Virus record (IMG/VR): IMGVR_UViG_3300005264_000009
Span: 23,210-87,209 of that record
Direction: 5' to 3' (one strand)
Origin: a virus
Length of the DNA: 64,000 nt
Shown here: piece by piece, positions 28,005-37,930 of the stretch
How the letters are laid out: each line of letters starts with the position of its first letter
Numbering within the stretch: position 1 is the first letter of the stretch
Made by a program: the position numbers and the translations under genes
The notes under the pieces: model-generated
Seen by the model: the letters and a program-made list of their open reading frames with translations, nothing else
Told to the model about the DNA's origin: nothing
Databases searched by the model: none

Positions 28005-30317
28005 ATGTCATTACAACATGATTACAGACCAAAATCTTTTAAAACTTTTGTTGGTAATAAAAGTACTATTGAATCAATCCAAAGTGTAATTAAAAAGAAC
28101 CCACCAAGAGCTTTTTTAATTACTGGAAATTCGGGATGCGGCAAATGTGTATCAGATGATACTTATATTTTTTCAGAATTAGGTATGAAAACAATAAAGT
28201 CATTTGCACCTAATGCTCCTTTAGGTTTTTCTGATTTACAAATAAGTGTGGCTTCTAAAAATGAAATAGATACCACATCACATTTTTATAAAGAAGAAAA
28301 TTGTGAAACTAAAAAAATTGTAACAGAATATGGGTATGGTGTTACAGGAACATATAAACACCCTGTGCTTGTTTATGATGTTGATAAAGCAGAACATGTG
28401 TATAAACATTTAAAAGATGTAAAAACAACAGATTATACATGTATAAACAGAGATATTAATTTATTTTCAAAAAGTAATTCTCCTTTATACTTTTCTTATG
28501 TGAAAGATAAAATGGATGGGAATGGACACACATTCAGATCACCTTGTGAAGTTAATTGTGCTTTATCAGCTATATTAGGGTATTTAATAGCTAATGGATC
28601 ACAAAACAAAAACAAAAACAAATCGAGTGGTTTTTTATTTTCATCAAATTCAAGTAAAATACAAGCTGATTTTGTAAATAAATGTGATGAATTACACGTA
28701 GATGGTTGTACAACATCTGTAAGTAATAGTAATAGTAATATATGTGGTGTATGTAGAGTAAGTAACACTCAATTTGCTACATTTATAAATACACTATTTA
28801 AAACAGGATTCCAAACAGCAAGGTATAAAGTAGTTCCTAATTGTATTTTAGAATCAAAGAAAGAAATGCAAAGAATATTTTTAAGAACACTTTTTGATTG
28901 TGATTCTTACTTTAGTGGTATGGTTTTTGAATATTATACTGCATCCGAAGTACTTGCTAAACAAGTTCATTTAATATTATTAAATTTTGGTATAGTTTCT
29001 AAATTAAAACCAAAAACAGATGTTAAAATCAAAACAAAAGTCTATGATCATACTTATTGGACTGTGGCTGTTGGGTCACAAAATTTGGATTTTTTATGGA
29101 AAACTATTTTATTTGATAGTTTAAAATATGACAAATTAAAAAAAGTAATAAGAAATCCTAATAACGACATTATACCAAATTTAGGTTTGTACATTAAAAC
29201 TTATATTTCAAAATATTTAAAAGTGAATAAAAGTGGTAAATTTAAAATAGGTGGTAAATATTTTTCTAATAAATTATTTGTTGGTGCAAATATATATGAT
29301 GGTATGACATTTGAAAGATTGGAAAAATTAATAGATAATTTTTCTAAAATGCCTGAATTAAAAGAATTATCTATTTTAAAACAACAATTAAGTGACATAT
29401 ACACAAATCATTACTATTATGATAAAATAAAAACTATATCAGAGGATAAAAAACAAACAGTGTATGATTTTACAATACCTAAAACACACTCATTTATTGG
29501 TGGTGGGATTGTGAATCATAATTCAACTTTGTCATATATTATTGCCAAAGCATTAGGTTGTTCCAAAATGGATTTTGTTAAAAAAGATGCATCATCTGAT
29601 AGAACGATTGCAGGCATAAAAAAATTAAAAGAAGATTGCCAATTTTTACCAATGGTGGGCAAAAAGAAAGTTTTTCTTTTAGAAGAGTTTAATAATGTAC
29701 CAAAAATATCACAACAGGCATTATTAGATACTTTAGAAAATCCACCAAAACATGTACACTTTATAATTTGTACAACCAACCCTGAAAACTTATTAGATAC
29801 AGTAGTACGTAGATGCCATAATTATAAATTACTACCATTAAAAGATGCACAAGTAAGAAAAAACATTCTATTACGTACAATTAAAAAAGAAAAAGTAACA
29901 ACCGTTCCTGATACCGTATTAGATAAAATTATTGACTTATCTGATGGATCACCAGGAATTGCTTTAAAGTACTTAGATCTTGTAATAGACCAAACAGATG
30001 AAAAAAAAGCTATAAGTGTTTTACAAAGTGCAGGTGCAGATAATACAGAGATAATTGAAATTTGCAGAGTTCTTTGTCAATTTCAAATGAGTGCTAAAAA
30101 CCGATGGTATAAATTAAAGAATTTATTGAAAAAGTTTGATGGTGATCCTGAAAGTTCAAGAAGAGCTGTATTAGGTTATTTAACCAAAGTTATACTTAAT
30201 TCAGATGAGGAAGATGTTGTTTTTATGGCAGAAAAATTTGAAAAGAATTTTTTTGATTCAGGAAAAAATGGTTTTATTATAGCTTGTAAAAAAGCTGTCA
30301 TGGAGATAAGTGAATGA
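28005..30317 (+). CDS. dnaX: DnaX/RFC-like clamp loader ATPase with intein
   Basis: YRPKSF..FVGN, GNSGCGK|S, LLEE, LENPP, ICTT, RRC. Confidence 0.88.
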   Translation: MSLQHDYRPKSFKTFVGNKSTIESIQSVIKKNPPRAFLITGNSGCGKCVSDDTYIFSELGMKTIKSFAPNAPLGFSDLQISVASKNEIDTTSHFYKEENCETKKIVTEYGYGVTGTYKHPVLVYDVDKAEHVYKHLKDVKTTDYTCINRDINLFSKSNSPLYFSYVKDKMDGNGHTFRSPCEVNCALSAILGYLIANGSQNKNKNKSSGFLFSSNSSKIQADFVNKCDELHVDGCTTSVSNSNSNICGVCRVSNTQFATFINTLFKTGFQTARYKVVPNCILESKKEMQRIFLRTLFDCDSYFSGMVFEYYTASEVLAKQVHLILLNFGIVSKLKPKTDVKIKTKVYDHTYWTVAVGSQNLDFLWKTILFDSLKYDKLKKVIRNPNNDIIPNLGLYIKTYISKYLKVNKSGKFKIGGKYFSNKLFVGANIYDGMTFERLEKLIDNFSKMPELKELSILKQQLSDIYTNHYYYDKIKTISEDKKQTVYDFTIPKTHSFIGGGIVNHNSTLSYIIAKALGCSKMDFVKKDASSDRTIAGIKKLKEDCQFLPMVGKKKVFLLEEFNNVPKISQQALLDTLENPPKHVHFIICTTNPENLLDTVVRRCHNYKLLPLKDAQVRKNILLRTIKKEKVTTVPDTVLDKIIDLSDGSPGIALKYLDLVIDQTDEKKAISVLQSAGADNTEIIEICRVLCQFQMSAKNRWYKLKNLLKKFDGDPESSRRAVLGYLTKVILNSDEEDVVFMAEKFEKNFFDSGKNGFIIACKKAVMEISE
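28146..29522 (+). mobile_element. intein with LAGLIDADG-type endonuclease (459 aa)
   Basis: Starts CVSDDT, ends IVNHN before S; LGYLIANG and LFDCDS blocks. Confidence 0.92.
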
Positions 30318-30520
30318 TTCGTTGTAAAAATTGCAAATCATTTGAAAGAGCTATATGGCATTCATGTATGACAAAAAAAGAAGAAGAGCAACAATTTGGT
30401 GGTTTTTGTGTATTACTAAAAGAGGCATTAGGATTAACTAATGTTGATTTACGTTTTCAAAAAACACTTTATGTTATGGAGTCTTTCGGTTGTGTTTTAG
30501 GTAAGGAGAGATTAGAATGA
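30314..30520 (+). CDS. hypothetical protein
   Basis: 68 aa, CKNC; ATGA overlaps on both sides. Confidence 0.65.
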   Translation: MIRCKNCKSFERAIWHSCMTKKEEEQQFGGFCVLLKEALGLTNVDLRFQKTLYVMESFGCVLGKERLE

Positions 30521-31023
30521 AAAATGCAATAAGAAATTATGATGAGGACATAAAAATTAATGAAAATAATATAGAGGAAATGTGGTTAGAACAGCCAAGT
30601 TTAAATATGTATTATAATGATTTATATGCTGCATCCATCTTTGTAAGAGATAGGTGTAAAATACAAACAGAATATATATATGCACAATTAGATACAAAAA
30701 TCAGGCAAGATTGGAAATCATTTGGGTTTGAAAGTAAACCAACTGAAACAGCCATTAAAAATAAAATTCTTATGCAAGATGAATATAAAAAAATAATATA
30801 CAAAACATTAAAAGCATCTAAAGATGCCAATTTAATGGCAGGAGTTAAAACAAGTTTTGAACATAGAAAACATGCTTTAAGTAATATTGTTTCTTTAAGG
30901 ATTTCAGGGTTTCATTCAGAACCACGAAATATAATAAAGGACATAAAAAATAAAAAAGTTAGTGAGAATCATTTAATGCAAAAACAAAATTTAAAAAGGA
31001 GGAAAAAGAAACAAAAAGATTAA
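30517..31023 (+). CDS. UvsY-like recombination mediator
   Basis: KPTETAIKNKI...Y and FEHRK.AL pattern; adjacent to SSB and RecA. Confidence 0.6.
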   Translation: MKNAIRNYDEDIKINENNIEEMWLEQPSLNMYYNDLYAASIFVRDRCKIQTEYIYAQLDTKIRQDWKSFGFESKPTETAIKNKILMQDEYKKIIYKTLKASKDANLMAGVKTSFEHRKHALSNIVSLRISGFHSEPRNIIKDIKNKKVSENHLMQKQNLKRRKKKQKD

Positions 31024-31077
31024 GTTTAATTGACCATTAATGAGTCCAACAAACAAAAAAATTTAAAGGAGAATAAC

Positions 31078-31980
31078 ATGAGTTTTAGAGACAGAATGAG
31101 AAAAAAAAGAAAAAGTATTAGTACAAGACACCAAAAAACACAAAAAAAAAGTGGTAGTAGATTCCCTACATTTTTTAAAAAAGAAGCAATACCAGAAGGT
31201 ATTGAATTTTTTACATCCAAAGAGGGTGAGCACATAATTGATATAATCCCTTGGGAGGTTGGTAAAGATATGCCTTTTGACGAAAATGATCAACCAATTA
31301 CAGAGGAGGGTGATCTGGATTATGTTTTGGATTTAGAAGTCCATATGAATGTGGGTTCTATGAAAGCACCTTTTATTTGCCCTTATGAAAATTTTGGTAA
31401 ACCTTGTCCTATTTGTGAGTATATAAAGGCAAATAGATTGCCAAAGGAAGAGTGGTCAGCATTAAGAACAAAACGAAGAGTTTTATATCTTGTATGGGTA
31501 CATGACAGTCGTGAGGAAGAGAAAAAAGGTTTACAAATTTTTCACGCTTCACATTATCTTATGGAAGAAAAACTTGCAGAAGTTGCAAAATTACCAAGAG
31601 GTGGTGGTTACGAAGAGTTTTCGGATTTCGATAATGGTAAATCTATTGTTTGGACAAGAAAAGGGGCTGGTAGAGATACAACATATATTGGACATAAATT
31701 AATTGATAGAGATAGAAAAATACCTGATGCTATTTTAGATAAAGCATTCCCTCTTGATAGTATTGTAAAAATGCACCCAACATATGAAGAAATAGATTCA
31801 GCTTTTCACGGCACATCTGAATCTGATGAAGCTCCTTATATTGAACAACAAGAAGAAGAAACAAAACCATCTCGCAGACGTAAAAAGAAAAAGAAAAAAA
31901 CTGTAAGAACATATGAACCTGTAGATGAACCTACAGAGGAAGACTATGAAGATTATGATGATGATGACATACCATTTTAA
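31078..31980 (+). CDS. single-stranded DNA-binding protein (T4 gp32-like)
   Basis: H..C....G.PCPICE zinc site, G.G.DT.Y, acidic tail ending DDDIPF. Confidence 0.8.
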   Translation: MSFRDRMRKKRKSISTRHQKTQKKSGSRFPTFFKKEAIPEGIEFFTSKEGEHIIDIIPWEVGKDMPFDENDQPITEEGDLDYVLDLEVHMNVGSMKAPFICPYENFGKPCPICEYIKANRLPKEEWSALRTKRRVLYLVWVHDSREEEKKGLQIFHASHYLMEEKLAEVAKLPRGGGYEEFSDFDNGKSIVWTRKGAGRDTTYIGHKLIDRDRKIPDAILDKAFPLDSIVKMHPTYEEIDSAFHGTSESDEAPYIEQQEEETKPSRRRKKKKKKTVRTYEPVDEPTEEDYEDYDDDDIPF

Positions 31981-31988
31981 GGTGAGTT

Positions 31989-33110
31989 ATGAAAAAAATT
32001 AAAAAAATTAAAAAAATTAAAAAAGCCATAGATGGTATAAAAAAGGTTGTGGATAATAAAAAAAGTGATCCACAACCTATTATTCTATTACCATCAGGAT
32101 CTACAACATTAAATCTGGAATGTTCTGGGTCTATTGATGGTGCATATCAAATTGGAAAAATGACAAATATCATAGGTGACTCATCATCATCGAAAAGCCA
32201 GTTGATGCTCACAATGTTTGCAGAATGTTCCAAATTAGCACAATTTGATGATTATAAATTTATTTATGATGATACAGAAGCTGCTAATGAATTTGATATT
32301 GCTACCCTTTTTGGTGAAAATGTAAAAAAGCGTATTGAAGCACCAAAAGTTATTGATGAAAATGATGTGTTTAGCAAAACCATTGAAGATTTTAATGATA
32401 ATGTTGCTCATGCATTAGAATCAGATGAACCTTTTATTTATGTACTTGATTCTTTTGATGCCTTAACATCAGAAGCCTTTGTAAGTAAGGATGAAGATAA
32501 CAGACAACAAAGGGATAAAGGAAATAAAATAAAAGGTTCTTACGGTGATGGTAAAGCTAAGATTTTTTCTGATTTTTGTAAAAACAGAATACAAGATTTA
32601 AAAAAGAAACAATCTGCTTTAATTATTATTTCACAAACAAGAGATAATATTGGTTTTGGGGCTATGTTTACACCCAAAACAAGAGCAGGTGGTAAAGCAC
32701 TTAAATTTTATGCCTGTCACGAAATTTGGTTAGCAAAACAAAAAACAGAAAAAAAAGGTAAACGTGTTGTTACAACACAAATACAAGCAAAAATAACAAA
32801 AAATAAATTAACAGGTAATCATGGGGAGGCATTTTTTCCTGTATTAAGAGATTATGGTGTTGATGACATTACATCATGTATTAATTTTTTGATTGATGAA
32901 GGACCTTGGAAAGGTCCTAAAAATAAAATTAATACAAAAGGGTTTGTAGAAGATACTATAAGTCAATTAAAATTGATTGATTTTATCGAAGATAATAATA
33001 AAGAATTTGAATTAAGGCAGATATGTCAAGATGCGTTTCTTGATGTAATGCATGAATTAAAACCTTTACGAAAACAGAAGTATATTAAGGAGAATGAAAA
33101 TGGCAGTTAG
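31989..33110 (+). CDS. recA: RecA/UvsX recombinase
   Basis: SGS..LN, GDSSSSKS, DTE, VLDS, ISQTRDNIG, GGKALKFYA, KNK. Confidence 0.88.
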   Translation: MKKIKKIKKIKKAIDGIKKVVDNKKSDPQPIILLPSGSTTLNLECSGSIDGAYQIGKMTNIIGDSSSSKSQLMLTMFAECSKLAQFDDYKFIYDDTEAANEFDIATLFGENVKKRIEAPKVIDENDVFSKTIEDFNDNVAHALESDEPFIYVLDSFDALTSEAFVSKDEDNRQQRDKGNKIKGSYGDGKAKIFSDFCKNRIQDLKKKQSALIIISQTRDNIGFGAMFTPKTRAGGKALKFYACHEIWLAKQKTEKKGKRVVTTQIQAKITKNKLTGNHGEAFFPVLRDYGVDDITSCINFLIDEGPWKGPKNKINTKGFVEDTISQLKLIDFIEDNNKEFELRQICQDAFLDVMHELKPLRKQKYIKENENGS

Positions 33111-33864
33111 AAAAAGAAAAGCAGTAAAGAAGACAAAAGATGTAGAAACAGTGGATAATAGAAGTATTGAAAAAACTCCACCTGTTATAGAAAAAAGCAA
33201 ACCTGTTGATATTGATTCTGAATATTCCCTTAACAGGTGTGTTTCCGCTTCTATTGGTAAAACAATAAACGTAGGCAATTTTGAGTCTGTCAAAATAAGT
33301 ACAGGTTATACTTGTACTATTAAAGATTCGGCTGATATGGATAGTGCTTACCTACACATTTTTGATAAATTAGAAAATTTATTAAGTATCAAAACAAATC
33401 AGATTGAAAAAGAATATGATTTAATTCCTGATAATTTTGTAGCTGATGATGTTACCCCAGAAAAGGTTAATGAAAAGAAAGAAAAACCAAAAAAGAAAGA
33501 AGAAAAACCAAAAAAGAAAGAAGAAAAATCAAAAAAGAAAGAACCTGTAGAAGAAGTGGAATTAACAGAAGTCATGATTAACAAAATGACAAAATCTGAA
33601 TTAATAAAAGTAATTCAAGATGAGGAATTGGAAATTGCAACAACATTAAGAATTAATGAAATGCGATTAGCTATCTTGGATGAACTTTTTGAGGAAGTCA
33701 TTGATGATTTTGAAGATGATGATGATTTAGATGATGATGATTTAGATGATGATGATTTAGATGATGATGATTTAGATGATGATGATTTAGATGATGATGC
33801 TTTAGATGATGATGATTTTGATGACGATTTTGATGATGATGATGATGATGAGTGGGATGATTAA
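33094..33864 (+). CDS. hypothetical protein with Lys-rich linker and about 50 aa poly-Asp tail
   Basis: TINVGNFES domain; (DDDDL)n repeat. Confidence 0.75.
   Translation: MKMAVRKRKAVKKTKDVETVDNRSIEKTPPVIEKSKPVDIDSEYSLNRCVSASIGKTINVGNFESVKISTGYTCTIKDSADMDSAYLHIFDKLENLLSIKTNQIEKEYDLIPDNFVADDVTPEKVNEKKEKPKKKEEKPKKKEEKSKKKEPVEEVELTEVMINKMTKSELIKVIQDEELEIATTLRINEMRLAILDELFEEVIDDFEDDDDLDDDDLDDDDLDDDDLDDDDLDDDALDDDDFDDDFDDDDDDEWDD
33715..33850 (+). repeat. 15-nt GATGATGATGATTTA coding tandem repeat
   Basis: At least 5 perfect units plus degenerate units. Confidence 0.9.
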
Positions 33865-33882
33865 TATTTAAAATATACACTT

Positions 33883-33931
33883 TACAGGGTAACAACATAA
33901 AATTTATTTTATGTTGTTACCCTGTATTTTT
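33883..33931 (+). terminator. intrinsic terminator-like long perfect hairpin
   Basis: TACAGGGTAACAACATAAAA / TTTTATGTTGTTACCCTGTA followed by T run. Confidence 0.75.
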
Positions 33932-33948
33932 ATAAATGGAGTATATAA

Positions 33949-34806
33949 ATGAAAGAACGTATATTATTGATAGATACATCAACATTATTGTATGCCGCAA
34001 AATTCAGTTTAGGCAAAAGTAAATTAAGTGCCAATAAAATAAAAACAGGTATTATCTTTGGTTTTTTATTAAAATTACAATTAATAACATCAATAGTAAA
34101 ACCAACCTTAATAGTTTTTGCTATTGATAGTAAACAATCAAAAAGAAAAGAAATCTATCCTGATTATAAAGGGAATAGAAAAAATGATAAAACACCAGAA
34201 GAAAAAGCATTTGATGATGAATGTTATAAACAATTTAATATTATTACTTATACTATTCTAAAAGATCTTGGTTATAGAAATTTACTTCATGTAGGTGGCT
34301 TAGAGGCTGATGATATTATTGCATCTATTTGTAAAAAATATATAGATAATGAAATAATAATAGCTTCCACCGATGAGGATATGTACCAATTATTAACAGA
34401 TAATGTTTGTATGTTTAAAACAAGTAAAAACAAGTATTATACAAAATCAGATTTTATTCGTGAATTTGATATTGAACCTAAAATTTGGAAACGTATCAAA
34501 AGTTGGAGTGGTTGTTCAAGTGATAAAGTTGCTGGTGTAAAAGGTGTGGGTGTAAAAACAGCTATTAAGTATTACAAGAATGAATTAAAACCACATTTAA
34601 AAACATATATAGCATTAAAAAGTAAAGAGGGTAAAGAAATAATTAATAGGAATAAAAAATTAGTTATATTACCTTTTAAAGGAACGCCTAAATTTAATTT
34701 AAAACCCAATAGAGTTACACCACATAAAGTATTAAAGGTAGCTAAAGAATATAATATAAAATCAATAGAACGTGATGTTGAAAATTGGTATTATAAATTA
34801 AGGTAA
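33949..34806 (+). CDS. 5'-3' exonuclease / flap endonuclease (RNase H T4-like)
   Basis: LLID, YPDYKGNR, EADD, STDEDMYQL, SD.VAGVKGVG.KTA. Confidence 0.9.
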   Translation: MKERILLIDTSTLLYAAKFSLGKSKLSANKIKTGIIFGFLLKLQLITSIVKPTLIVFAIDSKQSKRKEIYPDYKGNRKNDKTPEEKAFDDECYKQFNIITYTILKDLGYRNLLHVGGLEADDIIASICKKYIDNEIIIASTDEDMYQLLTDNVCMFKTSKNKYYTKSDFIREFDIEPKIWKRIKSWSGCSSDKVAGVKGVGVKTAIKYYKNELKPHLKTYIALKSKEGKEIINRNKKLVILPFKGTPKFNLKPNRVTPHKVLKVAKEYNIKSIERDVENWYYKLR

Positions 34807-34809
34807 ATA

Positions 34810-35292
34810 ATGAATAAACAATTAAGAAAAAAGGATGTACCTAAACTAAGGGAAAAGATATTAAAAAAACAAGGTGGTGTTTGCTGGATTTGTAAAAGAA
34901 TACCTAAAATAGCTTGTTTGGACCACCACCACAGTAAAAAAGTAAAAGGAAGTGGCAAAATAAGAGGTGTTTTATGCTCCTCATGCAATATATTTATAGC
35001 TAAAAGTGAGAATAATTGTGTAAGGTATGGTATAAAACAAGATACCCTGCCTTATATACTAAGGAGAGTGGCTGATTACTTGGAAAAGAAACAATATCCT
35101 TATATACACCCTTCCGAAGCACCAAAACCCTTAAAATTGCAACGTAATAGCTTTAATAAGCTAAAAAAGGCTTTTATTAAAAAGTATCCTAAAAGAAAAA
35201 TCCCTGAATACCCTAAATCAGGTAAACTTATTAAATCTTTAGAAAAACTATATAAAGAATTTAATATAGAACCTAAATATCTAAAAAAATAA
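34810..35292 (+). CDS. endonuclease VII-family Holliday junction resolvase
   Basis: Q.G.CWIC, LDHHH, G.IRGVLC..CN. Confidence 0.85.
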   Translation: MNKQLRKKDVPKLREKILKKQGGVCWICKRIPKIACLDHHHSKKVKGSGKIRGVLCSSCNIFIAKSENNCVRYGIKQDTLPYILRRVADYLEKKQYPYIHPSEAPKPLKLQRNSFNKLKKAFIKKYPKRKIPEYPKSGKLIKSLEKLYKEFNIEPKYLKK

Positions 35293-35304
35293 AAAGAGAA
35301 AAAA

Positions 35305-35520
35305 GTGAAAACACATGAATTAGCACATTTATTATTAAAAATGCCTGATAGTAGAATAACAGTAAGTACCGATATAAGCACTTGTGATGATGACTATGAT
35401 AATAGAGCTTTTGGGGATACTTTGTATGATTACATCTATACGGATAAACATATAACACTTATCTTTATTGATGGTTCACTAAATTTTAATTATAAAACAC
35501 TTAGTGGTAATATTAAATAA
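35305..35520 (+). CDS. hypothetical protein
   Basis: MKTHELA..LL.MPD N-terminus common in small phage ORFs. Confidence 0.6.
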   Translation: MKTHELAHLLLKMPDSRITVSTDISTCDDDYDNRAFGDTLYDYIYTDKHITLIFIDGSLNFNYKTLSGNIK

Positions 35521-35546
35521 AAAATCAGTATCTTATTAAAAACTTC

Positions 35547-35576
35547 TTGACTTCTTAATAAAAACCTGTTAAGACT
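35547..35576 (+). promoter_or_regulatory. sigma70-type promoter
   Basis: TTGACT-TCTTAATAAAAACCTGT-TAAGAC. Confidence 0.65.
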
Positions 35577-35608
35577 ATAAACAATCAAACAATCATAAAA
35601 GGAAAAAC

Positions 35609-36046
35609 ATGAATAAAAAATGGGATCTTAGGTTTATGAAATTGGCAAAGGAAGTATCCACTTGGAGTAAAGATATAAGTACCAAGTGTGGATCAGTTAT
35701 TGTGAATAATGACAAAAGAATTATTAGTACTGGTTTTAATGGTTATCCAAAAGGAGTTGACGATGATAATTATATGGATAGAGATTTAAAATTAGCTCAA
35801 ATAATTCATGGAGAGCTAAACGCAATTTTATTTGCAAAAAGATGTTTAAATGATTGCACAATATATGTTTACCCAATGCCACCTTGTTCTCAATGTATGG
35901 GTGCTATAATACAATCAGGTATAACAAGGGTTGTAACTAAAAAAATGACACCAGAACAAGAAGAAAGGTGGGGTTCTTCTATGGAAATTTCATATCGAAT
36001 GGCTAATAATGTTGGTCTAAGAATAGTAACTTTAAAAGAAATATAG
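35609..36046 (+). CDS. dCMP deaminase
   Basis: WSKD, GFNG.P.G, HGELNA, PCSQC. Confidence 0.92.
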   Translation: MNKKWDLRFMKLAKEVSTWSKDISTKCGSVIVNNDKRIISTGFNGYPKGVDDDNYMDRDLKLAQIIHGELNAILFAKRCLNDCTIYVYPMPPCSQCMGAIIQSGITRVVTKKMTPEQEERWGSSMEISYRMANNVGLRIVTLKEI

Positions 36047-36054
36047 GTTAATTT

Positions 36055-36498
36055 ATGAAATTAACATTTAATGAATATAAAGATTTTGAATATTGTAAGT
36101 ATATTAAGTGTCAAAAAACACAATGTAAAGAGTGTGATGCTTATAAATACCATGATTATTTAATAAAAAAGAATTTTAAAATCATACAAAACAATTTGAA
36201 CATATCACCAGAATATCAGTATGACCATCTTTTACGCCTTGATTCTAATTATGTTTTAAAAGGAAATACTTGTTGGAGTATAAAACAGGGTATGGATATA
36301 GGTCCTATGCCTTACTATATAACTGAAATTATAAGTGTTATAGAATTACCTAACCAATTAATTGTATTTGCTAAAGTAGAGGAAAAAGAAGCATCTTTTG
36401 TTTGTATGCTTAATACTAAGATTTGGACAGTTTACGAGGATACAACCAACAAAAAAGATAATTTTATAAAAAAGATTAAAAAGTTCTTGACTTTTTAA
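36055..36498 (+). CDS. hypothetical protein (N-terminal Cys domain shared with 37931..38668)
   Basis: EYK...YCK.I.C....CK.C.AY..H.YL. Confidence 0.7.
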   Translation: MKLTFNEYKDFEYCKYIKCQKTQCKECDAYKYHDYLIKKNFKIIQNNLNISPEYQYDHLLRLDSNYVLKGNTCWSIKQGMDIGPMPYYITEIISVIELPNQLIVFAKVEEKEASFVCMLNTKIWTVYEDTTNKKDNFIKKIKKFLTF

Positions 36499-36516
36499 TA
36501 GAAACGTGTTAAGACT
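36487..36516 (+). promoter_or_regulatory. sigma70-type promoter
   Basis: TTGACT-TTTTAATAGAAACGTGT-TAAGAC. Confidence 0.65.
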
Positions 36517-36647
36517 ACAACTAAACTTAACAATTAAACAAAGGGGTGGATTATGAATTTTAAAGTATTTAGTAATGTAGTAAGGCATAGTAGATTTGGA
36601 ATTTTAATAGTTTTTTTATTAGGTGATTTTGAATAAAGGAGATTATA

Positions 36648-37754
36648 GTGAGAAAATTAGCTACAATACAAAGAATAAAAAATTTAACACCAATCAAAAA
36701 AGCTGATAGGATAGAATTAGCCTACATATTAGGTTGGGAGTGTGTAGTAAAAAAAGGGGAGTTCAAAATTAATGATTATTGTGTTTATTTTGAGGTTGAC
36801 TCCATTTTGCCAGAGAAAGAAGTCTTTGAATTTATGCGTCCAAGAAAATTCAAGGTGAAAACAGCTAAATTTAGAAAACAAATATCACAAGGGTTAGCTT
36901 TACCTATTTCTATATTAGATAAAAATATTGTTATTAAAGAGGGGATGGATCTAACAACAATATTAAATATCACTAAATACGATCCTGAAAAAATCAAAGA
37001 GTGTAAAAGAAGTAAGAGTAAAAATATATTTGTTAATTATATGATGAAGTATAAAATTTTTAGAAAATGTTACTTATTTATTTTTCCTAAATTAAAAGGT
37101 TGTTTTCCTGATTTTATACCTAAAACAGATGAAGAACGATTGCAAAACATACCAAATATAATAGAAAAAAATAATGGTGAAAACTTTTATTGTATGGAAA
37201 AATTAGATGGTCAAAGTTTAACTGTTTTTTATAATAATAAATTAAATAAATGGTATAAACCTTGGATAAATAATGCTTTTGGTGTTTGTTCAAGAAATAT
37301 TTGGAGGAAAAGAAAAGATATGTCTAATTGGTGGTTTGTTGTAAAAAACTTAGATATTGAAAGGAAGTTGAAAAAATACTGTAAACAAACAAAAACTAAC
37401 TTAGCTATCCAAGGTGAAATTATAGGACCTAATATACAAAATAATAGATATAATATAAAACAAAAGCAATTACATATTTTTTCTATTTTTAATATAGACA
37501 CACAAAAATACTTAAACTTCCATGATAAATCACATGTAATACATCAGTTAGGTTTAACAGAAGTTCCTTTTTATAATATAATTCAATTTAATACGTCAAT
37601 ACACACAGTAAAATGGTTTACAGAGCGAACTAATAAAAAGAGTAAGATTAATAACGAAGTCTTAATGGAAGGACTTGTCTATAGATCTATTAAAAATGAC
37701 GATATAAGTTTTAAAGTAATTAACCCTAATTTTTTATTAAAGTACAATTTGTAA
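36648..37754 (+). CDS. RNA ligase, DRB0094/Rnl5-like family
   Basis: MRKLATI, PI..AD.IELA, PKTDEER.QN, EKLDG (motif I), QGEI.GP, EG.V, SFKVI. Confidence 0.9.
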   Translation: MRKLATIQRIKNLTPIKKADRIELAYILGWECVVKKGEFKINDYCVYFEVDSILPEKEVFEFMRPRKFKVKTAKFRKQISQGLALPISILDKNIVIKEGMDLTTILNITKYDPEKIKECKRSKSKNIFVNYMMKYKIFRKCYLFIFPKLKGCFPDFIPKTDEERLQNIPNIIEKNNGENFYCMEKLDGQSLTVFYNNKLNKWYKPWINNAFGVCSRNIWRKRKDMSNWWFVVKNLDIERKLKKYCKQTKTNLAIQGEIIGPNIQNNRYNIKQKQLHIFSIFNIDTQKYLNFHDKSHVIHQLGLTEVPFYNIIQFNTSIHTVKWFTERTNKKSKINNEVLMEGLVYRSIKNDDISFKVINPNFLLKYNL

Positions 37755-37930
37755 AGGAGATAAATGAAACCAATATGTAACATATGTAAAAAACAAGTTG
37801 AATTTGATTTTACGTTAATGTGTTTTACTTGCTATAATAAGACTTGTAATAATTACCATAAAAATTTATATAGTTTAAAATCAAATAATAAAATATATGC
37901 TGATAAAACAGCATTTAAAAGGACTAAATA

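Noticed and set aside
33698-33898. His-rich minus-strand ORF (NHHHL)n
   Set aside because: It is simply the reverse complement of the poly-Asp repeat
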